Source: Gemmatimonadota bacterium (lineage in GTDB: Bacteria > Gemmatimonadota > Gemmatimonadetes > Palauibacterales > KS3-K002). Taken from it: 64,000 bases of DNA. Below are positions 1 through 7,814 of the stretch, piece by piece. The DNA lies in NCBI GenBank assembly GCA_039588015.1, contig JBDHAS010000002.1, forward strand, positions 1,638-65,637, read 5' to 3'. The notes below the pieces were generated by a model. The model worked only from the letters and a program-made list of their open reading frames with translations, did no database searches and was not told the origin of the DNA. Positions within the stretch are counted from its first letter, which is position 1, and every line of letters starts with the position of its first letter. Made by a program: the position numbers and the translations under genes.

Positions 1-1345
1 GACGATCGCCCGCCGCGTCGATCAACTGGGCCGTCACCCGCACGCGATTGCCGTCACGCAACACCGAGCCCTCGACGATGCCGTCCACGTTGAGCTCGCG
101 CGCGATGTCCGGCAGCGGCTTTCTCACTCCCTTGTATTGCATCACCGAGGTGCGCGAGATCACGCGCAGCGCTTCGATCTTCGAGAGCTCCGTGATCAGC
201 GCATCGGTCATCCCGTCGACGAAGTACTCGTTACCCGGATCGGCAGCGAGGCTCTCGAGCGGGAGTACCGCGAGAGACTCGAGTGTCCCACCGCCGCCAC
301 CGCCGCGGATGCCGCCCATATCGAAAAACAGGGCGGTCGCCGCAAGCATCGTCGCCGTGACCAGCACCGGGATCCAACGACGGCTCCTCACATTCGAACT
401 CGTCTCCAACTTCGCGGCAGCTGCCGCCGATTGAGTAGCGCCCGTCCGGAGCGCGTCAGCGAACTGTGCCACCGGATTGAAACGGTCAGCCGGCACCTTG
501 GCCAAGGAGCGCTGGAGTATCCCCGCAATCTGCGGCGGCACCGCCGGCCGGAGATTGGTGACGCTCGGCGGGTCGACCGTGAGGTGCTGGTGTACCAGAC
601 TCTCGACCGTTGGCCCCGTGAACGGCGGTTGGCCTGCCAGCATCTCGTACAGCACGCAGCCCAAGGAGTAGAGATCGCTCCGCTCATCGAGCTCGCCTTC
701 CCCCGCCGCTTGCTCCGGGCTCATGTAGGCCGGCGTCCCGATCGCGAGCCCGGTCTTGGTGAGCTTCGTTCCGCCAGCTTCCGTGATCGCCCGCGCGATG
801 CCGAAGTCGGCCACGACCGCGTGCCCGCTTTCCAGGAGGATGTTCTCGGGCTTGATGTCGCGGTGGATCACCCCGCGCTGGTGAGCGTAGCTCAGCGCGT
901 CGGCTACCTCGCACGCGACCTGAAGCGCGTCGTCGAGAGGAAGCTGCTTCTCGCGGTCGATTCGATCACGCAGGGATTCGCCTTCGACGTAGGGCATCAC
1001 GTAGAAAAGAAGGGCCTCACCCTGTGCCCCCTTCTCCGCATCCCTGTCCTCACCGCCTGGCGCGGTCTCCGCGATAGCGTGCCGGGGACTCACGGCCTCT
1101 CCTGAATCGAACAGTGGCAAGATGTGCGGGTGTCGGAGGTTCGCGGTGGTGGTGATCTCGCGTAGGAACCGTTCGTGGCCCAGGGCCGCGGCCAGCTCCG
1201 GCAGCAGCACCTTGACGGCCACCTTGCGCCGGTGTTTGAGGTCCTCGGCCAGGTAGACGGTCGCCATGCCACCCGCGCCGAGTTCGCGCTCGATCCGGTA
1301 GCGGTCGGCGAGCGCCCTCGTGAGGCGCTCCAATATGTCAGGCAA
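1..1345 (-). CDS. Ser/Thr protein kinase with TM segment and TolB-N-like domain (3' end runs off the window)
   Basis: Missing from the ORF track. Manual translation from TTG at 1345 (GGGAG SD) gives MPDILERLTRALADRYRIERELGAGGMATVYLAED..VAVKVL..HRDIKPENILL..DFGIA..GTPAYMSPEQ..SDLYSLG, then a hydrophobic segment and SLAVLPLE..YFVDGMTDALITELSKI..VISRTS. Confidence 0.93.
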   Translation of the reverse strand, partial: MPDILERLTRALADRYRIERELGAGGMATVYLAEDLKHRRKVAVKVLLPELAAALGHERFLREITTTANLRHPHILPLFDSGEAVSPRHAIAETAPGGEDRDAEKGAQGEALLFYVMPYVEGESLRDRIDREKQLPLDDALQVACEVADALSYAHQRGVIHRDIKPENILLESGHAVVADFGIARAITEAGGTKLTKTGLAIGTPAYMSPEQAAGEGELDERSDLYSLGCVLYEMLAGQPPFTGPTVESLVHQHLTVDPPSVTNLRPAVPPQIAGILQRSLAKVPADRFNPVAQFADALRTGATQSAAAAAKLETSSNVRSRRWIPVLVTATMLAATALFFDMGGIRGGGGGGTLESLAVLPLESLAADPGNEYFVDGMTDALITELSKIEALRVISRTSVMQYKGVRKPLPDIARELNVDGIVEGSVLRDGNRVRVTAQLIDAAGDR

Positions 1346-1543
1346 TACGGCTCACTCCCGTTACGGGTGCGGCCTCGGGCAGGAACCTCCGGGGCCGGGG
1401 CTGTTTTGATCGCACCGGAAGATGCCCGCCCGCGCCGCGGTATTCAAGCTGACGCATCTCAATAGGGAATAGACAGTTATCGAGGCGCCCGACAGATGTT
1501 CCCGTCAAATTGCGTTGATTTCCAAAGTGTTACAGAGAAAACC

Positions 1544-1572
1544 TTGACTAAACCGACTAGTTGGTCTATTAT
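1544..1572 (+). promoter_or_regulatory. Sigma70 promoter of the TetR gene with an operator in the spacer
   Basis: TTGACT (1544-49), 17 bp spacer, TATTAT (1567-72); imperfect palindrome TAAACCGACTAGTTGGTCTA at 1549-1568. Confidence 0.8.
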
Positions 1573-1600
1573 ACCCCGGTATCAGGACAAGGATTTGACC

Positions 1601-2197
1601 ATGACTGGACCGAACACCAAAGACAAGCTGATCGAAGCGGCCCTGGCGCTCATGCTGGCCAAGGGCTACCCGGCTACGACCGTCGACGAGATCTGCGCCA
1701 GCGCCGGGGTCAGCAAAGGCAGCTTCTACCACTTTTTCTCGACCAAGGAGGAATTGGCGTTGGCAGCTCTCGAGGCCTATGCCGAGTGGGGCTTCGAGGC
1801 GCTCCGAAAGGGCAGCTACGCCGATCTCGAGGACCCGCTGAGCCGTGCATTCGGGTTCCTCGACCACGCGCAAGCGATCGCCCACGACGTCTGGGGCAAC
1901 GGGTGTCTACTGGGCAACCTGGCCATCGAGCTGGCAGACACGAATGAGGTCTTTCGGGCTCGTATCTCAGGAATCTTCGAGGATCTGGCCAGGCGCCTCG
2001 CCGACCTGTTCGCGGTAGCCGTGGAACCGGGGAAGCCGGAGGCCCCACGCCCAATCGAGTTGGCGGAGTTCTTCCTCTCCGTACTGGAGGGGTCGATCGT
2101 GCTCGCCAAGGCACATGACGACTGGGGACGCGTGCCAACGGCTTTGGCGAACTTTAGACTGTACTTGGGCATGCTGGCCCAGTCGGCCAGAGCCTAA
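1601..2197 (+). CDS. TetR/AcrR family regulator (NemR-like)
   Basis: HTH GYPATTVDEICASAGVSKGSFYHFFSTKEEL; C-terminal GCLLGN motif. ATG 1601 lies downstream of the promoter. Confidence 0.92.
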   Translation: MTGPNTKDKLIEAALALMLAKGYPATTVDEICASAGVSKGSFYHFFSTKEELALAALEAYAEWGFEALRKGSYADLEDPLSRAFGFLDHAQAIAHDVWGNGCLLGNLAIELADTNEVFRARISGIFEDLARRLADLFAVAVEPGKPEAPRPIELAEFFLSVLEGSIVLAKAHDDWGRVPTALANFRLYLGMLAQSARA

Positions 2198-2232
2198 GGG
2201 CAAGGAACAGCGGGTTTTTTTTGACTTTTATC

Positions 2233-2252
2233 TAAACCGACTAGTCGGTCTA
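2233..2252. promoter_or_regulatory. Second TetR operator, upstream of the MMPL gene
   Basis: TAAACCGACTAGTCGGTCTA, 19/20 identical to the site at 1549-1568 and near-palindromic. Confidence 0.82.
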
Positions 2253-2280
2253 TTCTACCCCAACCATCGGAGACAACAGC

Positions 2281-5200
2281 ATGCGAATCGAAGAGGCAAA
2301 GCAATCGACGGACGGCTTACCGGCCCGTTGGGCCCGCTGGACGCTGCGCTGGCGTTGGCCGATCCTGGCGCTCAGCATCCTAGTCGTTCTGGGGACGGGA
2401 GCCGGGGCGAGCAAGCTGCGCATCGCCAGTGACTACCGCGTCTTCTTCAGCGAGGACAATCCGGATCTGCTGGCCTTCGAGGCCATGCAGAAGATCTACA
2501 CGAAGAACGACAACATCCTGTTCGTGGTCGAGCCGGTATCGGGCGACGCCTTCGGCCGCGATGCGCTGGTGGCCCTCGAGGATTTGACCGACGGAGCCTG
2601 GCAGATCCCGTATGCCATCCGCGTAGTCGGGATCACGAACTTCCAGCACAGCGAGGCGGACGGGGACGACCTGGTCGTGGACGACCTCGTCGAGGATGCC
2701 ACCCTTCTCGACGAAGCCGGCCGGGCGAGGGTCCGGCGTGTCGCCTTGGCCGAGCCATTGGTCAAGAACCGGATCGTGTCGCAGTGGGGCGATGTGGCGG
2801 GAGTGAACGTCACTCTGCAGCTCCCCGACGAGTCGACGGAGGCGTTGCCGCCGCTCGTGGTGGCCGCCCGAGAACTGGCGAGGCAGATCGAGGCCGAGCA
2901 CCCGGCTGTACGGATCAGGCTGACCGGGATCGCCATGCTCAACAACGCGTTCGACGAGATGGCGCGGAAAGACATGGCCACGCTGATGCCTCTCATGTAC
3001 CTCGGGATCATCGCACTGATATTTCTGCTCTTGCGCTCCGGTTCGGCGACCTTCTCCACGGTGCTAGTGATCGGGATGTCGACCGCCACCGCCATGGGCC
3101 TGGCCGGCTGGCTGGGGATCCCGATCACGCCACCCTCGTCGACAGCGCCGGTAATGATCATGACTCTGGCCGTCGCCGACAGCATCCACATCCTGACGAC
3201 GACGCTCCACAGCATACGCTCGGGTCTGGGCAAGCGGGATGCACTGGAGGAGAGTCTGCGGATAAACCTGCTGCCGGTTTTCTTGACCAGCCTGACAACG
3301 GCGATCGGATTCCTCAGCATGAACATGAGCGACGCGCCGCCTTTCCGGGACCTGGGAAACATGACGGCCATGGGCGTGATCGCCGCGTTCTTCTATTCAG
3401 CCCTAACCCTCCCTGCCCTGGTCTCGGTGCTGCCGCTCAAGGCCCGCAGAGGCCCCGGGTTCAGCACCGTGTGGACGGATCGATTCGCGGCGTTCGTCAC
3501 GCGCCGGCGGCGGCCGTTGCTCGCCGCTTCGGCGCTGGGAACCCTGGCCTTGGCCGCAGTGGTCCCGGCGAACGAACTGAACGATGACTTCGTTGACTAC
3601 TTCGATGACTCGGTGGTCTTCCGGCAGCACACCGACTTCTCTACGCAACGGCTGACGGGCCTCTACCAGTTGGAGTTCGACCTCAGGGCATCCGACAGCG
3701 GAGGCATCAGCGAGCCGGCGTATCTGCGGACGGTGGACGAGTTCGCCGAGTGGTATGCCGAACAACCGCACGTGCGCCACGTTCTGTCGTTGACGGACGT
3801 GTTCAAGCGGCTGAACAAAAACTTGCACGGCGACGAACCGACACAGTACAGGCTGCCCGAGACGCGGGACTTGGCAGCGCAATACTTGTTGCTGTTCGAG
3901 ATGTCCCTGCCCTATGGGCTCGACTTGAACAACCAGATCAACGTCGACAAGTCGGGCACCCGCTTCATAGTCACACTCGATGACGTCTCGACGAGAGAAA
4001 TTCGGGAGCTGGCTGCCGACGGAGAGGCGTGGCTGGCCCTAAACGCTCCGCCGGAAATGCAGACCAGAGCCAGCGGTCCCTCGGTCATGTTCGCGCACCT
4101 GTCGAAGCGAAACATCGAGGGGATGCTAGTGGCGAGCTTGTTAGCGCTCGTCCTGGTATCGATCTGCCTGGTGTTCGCCTTCCGCAGCCTGAAGTTCGGG
4201 CTCTTGAGCCTGATCCCGAACGTGGCGCCCGCCGCCCTGGCGTTTGGGGCTTGGGGCCTCTGGGTGGGTCAGATCAACATCGCGCTCTCAGCGGTGGTCG
4301 CAATGACGTTGGGTATCGTGGTCGACGACAGCGTCCACTTTCTCAGCAAGTACCTGCGGGCGCGGCGCGAGCAGAACGCGGACGGCGCGCAAGCGGTTCG
4401 CTATGCCTTCAACACGGTCGGCCCCGCGCTTCTCTTCACCTCGATCATACTCGCCGGCGGCTTCCTGGTCCTCGCCGGGTCCTCGTTCGACCTCAACGCG
4501 GGGATGGGGAAGCTCACTGCTATGACCATCGTCTTCGCCCTTGTGACCGATTTCCTGCTGCTGCCGTCGCTGCTGTTGACCGTGACGCAGCGGGCGGAGT
4601 CAAAGACGACAAAGGAGGACGGAACCATGACTTTCAACAGACAGATACAAACGAGCCCTCGAGCCCAAGTCGTAGAAGTCCCGGCCGGGCGCACATCGAG
4701 GAACGCACTTGGTTGGATCACGGCATTGGCGTTGGCCGCAATTCTCGCGCTGACTGCCGGCGCGTTGAGTGCTCAAGAGGCGCGCGGGCCGGCGGCCGGC
4801 GAGAAGAACGCGGCGAAAGTTGAGGAGACGTGGACGTTCCCGATCAACGCCACGCCCGAAGAACAGGGCCTAGCGGTCGCCACCGAGGCGGACCGCAGAG
4901 ACCAGGGCTTCGGCGACTTCATCGCGAAGCTCTCGATGATCCTGCGCAACAAGCACGGCGAGGAGAGCGTTCGCGAGATTCGCACACGCACGCTCGAGGT
5001 GGAGGGTGATGGAGACAAGTCGTTGGTCATCTTTGACCGTCCAGGCGATGTGGCCGGCACGGCGTTCCTCAGCTGGAGCCACACCACCGGCTCGGACGAC
5101 CAGTGGATCTACCTGCCGGCGCTCAAGCGAGTGAAGCGCATAGCGACCAACAACAAGTCGGGTCCGTTCATGGGGAGCGAGTTCTCGTACGAGGACATCT

Positions 5201-5571
5201 CTTCGCAGGAAGTGGAGGAATACACCTACCGGTACCTGAGAGACGAGTCGCTGGGTGGCGCTGAGACTTACGTGGTGGAGCAGGACCCGGTCGACGAAAA
5301 CTCAGGCTACTCCAGGGTGATCGTCTGGCGGGACAAGCAACACTTTCGGCCTCTGAAGATCGAGTTCTACGATCGGAAGGGCGACCTGCTCAAGACGCTC
5401 ACCTATGAGGGCTACCAGCAGTATCGGGGTCAATACTGGCGGGCGGACCGGATGGCCATGGTCAATCACCAGACTGGCAAGAGCACCGATCTACTTTGGC
5501 ACGAGTACGAATTTGCCACGGGGCTCCGGGACCGTGACTTCAGCCAAAATGGCCTGAAGCGGGTACGCTGA
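2281..5571 (+). CDS. MMPL/RND family transporter fused in frame to a LolA-like (outer-membrane lipoprotein-sorting type) domain
   Basis: Two TM bundles with LAVADSIH and GIVVDDSVH motifs. The C-terminal ~310 aa contain DDQWIYLPALKRVKRI..FMGSEFSYED, typical of LolA-like proteins in MMPL operons. Confidence 0.88.
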   Translation: MRIEEAKQSTDGLPARWARWTLRWRWPILALSILVVLGTGAGASKLRIASDYRVFFSEDNPDLLAFEAMQKIYTKNDNILFVVEPVSGDAFGRDALVALEDLTDGAWQIPYAIRVVGITNFQHSEADGDDLVVDDLVEDATLLDEAGRARVRRVALAEPLVKNRIVSQWGDVAGVNVTLQLPDESTEALPPLVVAARELARQIEAEHPAVRIRLTGIAMLNNAFDEMARKDMATLMPLMYLGIIALIFLLLRSGSATFSTVLVIGMSTATAMGLAGWLGIPITPPSSTAPVMIMTLAVADSIHILTTTLHSIRSGLGKRDALEESLRINLLPVFLTSLTTAIGFLSMNMSDAPPFRDLGNMTAMGVIAAFFYSALTLPALVSVLPLKARRGPGFSTVWTDRFAAFVTRRRRPLLAASALGTLALAAVVPANELNDDFVDYFDDSVVFRQHTDFSTQRLTGLYQLEFDLRASDSGGISEPAYLRTVDEFAEWYAEQPHVRHVLSLTDVFKRLNKNLHGDEPTQYRLPETRDLAAQYLLLFEMSLPYGLDLNNQINVDKSGTRFIVTLDDVSTREIRELAADGEAWLALNAPPEMQTRASGPSVMFAHLSKRNIEGMLVASLLALVLVSICLVFAFRSLKFGLLSLIPNVAPAALAFGAWGLWVGQINIALSAVVAMTLGIVVDDSVHFLSKYLRARREQNADGAQAVRYAFNTVGPALLFTSIILAGGFLVLAGSSFDLNAGMGKLTAMTIVFALVTDFLLLPSLLLTVTQRAESKTTKEDGTMTFNRQIQTSPRAQVVEVPAGRTSRNALGWITALALAAILALTAGALSAQEARGPAAGEKNAAKVEETWTFPINATPEEQGLAVATEADRRDQGFGDFIAKLSMILRNKHGEESVREIRTRTLEVEGDGDKSLVIFDRPGDVAGTAFLSWSHTTGSDDQWIYLPALKRVKRIATNNKSGPFMGSEFSYEDISSQEVEEYTYRYLRDESLGGAETYVVEQDPVDENSGYSRVIVWRDKQHFRPLKIEFYDRKGDLLKTLTYEGYQQYRGQYWRADRMAMVNHQTGKSTDLLWHEYEFATGLRDRDFSQNGLKRVR

Positions 5572-5593
5572 GCCGGCGAGAGGAGAGACCATC

Positions 5594-6856
5594 ATGCGTA
5601 GACAGACTAACTCGGCGAGGTGGCGGCCCCGTGCCGCCACCCGATACGCGGCACTCGCCCTTCTTCTGACTTTGTGGCCGGTAGCGGACGCGTTCGGACA
5701 AGGACCGTGGGGCATGCTGGCGCGGATCCCGGGGCGCATGAGGGCCGAGCTGGAGCTGGAGGGACGCGCGTTCCCGAGGTCACCTGCCGATCCGCGGCAG
5801 CAGCAGCACGGCACGTCGGTAGCCCTCAAAGCGAAATACGACGTGGATTGGGCCGACGGTGATCACCTTTTCGAGATCGAGCCCTTCTTCCGCTACGATC
5901 CGAACGATCCGCAACGAACCCACTTCGACTTCCGAGTACTGAGCTGGACCTTGATCCGTGACTTCTGGGAGTTGCGAGTCGGATTTCGCACGGTCTTCTG
6001 GGGTGTCACCGAGTCACAACACCTCGTGGACATCATCAACCAGACCGACCTGGTCGAAGGGCCCGACGGAGAGGAGAAGCTGGGGCAACCGATGGCAAAC
6101 CTGGCCCTCATCCTGGATTGGGGGACGCTCGAGCTGTTCGTTATGCCGTTCTTTCGCGAACGGACCTTTCCCGGTGTCGGCGGACGGCTCCGGTTCCAGC
6201 CGGCGGTGCGGTCCGATCTTACGATTTATGAGTCCGGCGCCGGCCGCAATCACGTCGACTGGGCCGTGCGCTGGTTCCACACCCTGGGCTCATGGGATAT
6301 CGGGATCTCGCACTTCGCCGGCACGAGCCGCGAGCCGCTTCTGGCCCCTCTCTCTCGTGAGGACGAGTTCATTCTCGCGCCGGTCTACCCGCTGATCAAC
6401 CAGACCGGGCTGGACCTTCAGAAGACCGGAGAGGCATGGCTATGGAAGCTCGAGGCGATCACGCGGGGAGGCTTCGGCGATCGTTACGTTGCCTTCACAG
6501 GCGGCTTCGAGCGCACGCTTGTGGGGATTCTCGGCTCGGCCACCGACCTGGGTCTGCTGGCCGAATACCTGTACGACAGCCGGGGACTCAGCGCGACGAC
6601 GCCTTTCCAGAACGATCTGTTCCTAGGTACGCGGCTGGCTCTGAACGACGTCCAGGGTAGCGAGCTGTTGACCGGAGCGATCATCGACCTAGAGTCAGGC
6701 GCACTGTTACTCAGCGCCGAAGGCTCCCGGCGGCTTGGTGATTCTTGGAGCCTGTCGCTGGAAGTTCGGGCGTTCGTGAACTCGGGCTCGGAGTTACCGC
6801 TCTCGGCCTTCAGTCGAGACCATTACGTGCAGCTGGCGTTCTCGCGCCACTTCTAA
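5594..6856 (+). CDS. Putative outer-membrane beta-barrel protein
   Basis: Signal peptide, WGVTES..VDIINQTD motif, aromatic alternating strands and C-terminal Phe (LAFSRHF); third gene of the MMPL operon. Confidence 0.75.
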   Translation: MRRQTNSARWRPRAATRYAALALLLTLWPVADAFGQGPWGMLARIPGRMRAELELEGRAFPRSPADPRQQQHGTSVALKAKYDVDWADGDHLFEIEPFFRYDPNDPQRTHFDFRVLSWTLIRDFWELRVGFRTVFWGVTESQHLVDIINQTDLVEGPDGEEKLGQPMANLALILDWGTLELFVMPFFRERTFPGVGGRLRFQPAVRSDLTIYESGAGRNHVDWAVRWFHTLGSWDIGISHFAGTSREPLLAPLSREDEFILAPVYPLINQTGLDLQKTGEAWLWKLEAITRGGFGDRYVAFTGGFERTLVGILGSATDLGLLAEYLYDSRGLSATTPFQNDLFLGTRLALNDVQGSELLTGAIIDLESGALLLSAEGSRRLGDSWSLSLEVRAFVNSGSELPLSAFSRDHYVQLAFSRHF

Positions 6857-7032
6857 GGCCGCGGCCATCAGCAACAGCTGCCAGCGCCGCAGCCACGGCT
6901 GGCCATATCGCCGTTGTTCATGACTCACTCTCTCTGAGCATTGGGAGTGCTGGCCGGGGCTGCTCTTCTCTGGTGATCTAACAACGGCAGATTTGGCAGG
7001 CAAACGTCAACAGTTAGGTCCTAGCACTCCGG

Positions 7033-7380
7033 CTACGAATTTCCGGCGAGTTCCGACAGGCGCTGCTCCGCTCGATCTACGATCGGGCGAAGCTCGGGGT
7101 CACAGTCCGACCAGATCTCCACGAACCGTGCGTAGTGCCGCGCGGCCTGATCCAGCTGGCCGCGTCGATCGTATATTTCGGCGCGGCGCAGATGCGCGAG
7201 GAAGACCAAATCGAACATGGGGATTCGATCGAACGAGCCATACCAATGGATGGCCTCGTCCAGGCATCCCACGTCCTCCAGCAGCATTGCGCGCAGGTAA
7301 CGCTGGAAAGACATCGAGAACACTGGAGACGCGACTGTGTTCTGGTAATAGGTTTGTATGCGTGCGCCTTCCAGTTCGCC
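7033..7380 (-). pseudogene. C-terminal TPR remnant of a kinase/SARP-TPR type protein
   Basis: RYLRAMLLE..EAIHWYGSF..AHLRRAEIYDRRG..AARHYARFVEIWSDCDPELRP..AEQRL resembles the C-terminus of such proteins. There is no room for the N-terminal part before the divergent PadR promoter. Confidence 0.6.
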
Positions 7381-7386
7381 CTTTTC

Positions 7387-7445
7387 CCCTTGCGTTTCTA
7401 GGGTAAAGATCCTACTTTCCAGACCGACCCATAGAACATCTAGGG
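7387..7445. promoter_or_regulatory. Two putative PadR operators (consensus CCCTAGA-N3-TCTAGGG)
   Basis: CCCTTGC-GTT-TCTAGGG (7387-7403) and CCATAGA-ACA-TCTAGGG (7429-7445); the second overlaps the padR SD. Confidence 0.6.
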
Positions 7446-7453
7446 AGGGAATC

Positions 7454-7801
7454 GTGGCCAGAACCAAGCTCGAATTGCTGCGCGGCACGCTCGACATGAT
7501 GATCCTCAAGGCGCTCACCTGGGGGCCGCGGCACGGCTACCAGGTCGCCCGTTGGATCGAGGACCGAACCGAAGAGGAGTTGACGATAGAGGAGGGCTCT
7601 CTCTATCCGGCCCTCCACCGCATGGAGCGGCGAGGTTGGGTCGCCTCGGAGTGGGGACACTCGGAGAACAACCGACGCGCCAAATACTACAGCCTAACCG
7701 TCGAGGGCCGCAGGGAGCTGAAAACGGAAGCCGCGGCTTGGACGCGTTTCGCACGAGCGGTCTCGCTGTTGATGGGTATGACCGCACCGTCGGAGGCCTG
7801 A
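7454..7801 (+). CDS. PadR family regulator (acidobacterial type)
   Basis: LLRGTLDMMILKAL..HGY..EGSLYPALHRME..SENNRRAKYYSLT; GTG start after GGGAGG. Confidence 0.93.
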   Translation: MARTKLELLRGTLDMMILKALTWGPRHGYQVARWIEDRTEEELTIEEGSLYPALHRMERRGWVASEWGHSENNRRAKYYSLTVEGRRELKTEAAAWTRFARAVSLLMGMTAPSEA

Positions 7802-7814
7802 ACCGGATTTTGGA

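Noticed and set aside
137-1105. 322-aa plus-strand ORF
   Set aside because: Antisense shadow of the minus-strand kinase, which carries all the conserved motifs.
6853-6870. Sec read-through of the micro-ORF (CC-UGA)
   Set aside because: Only 4 further codons follow and there is no properly spaced SECIS hairpin.
6944-7030. CIRCE-like half sites or a tRNA-Sec-like 8-bp acceptor stem
   Set aside because: Arms are in the wrong order and 67 nt apart for CIRCE. There is no UCA anticodon loop or T-loop for a tRNA.
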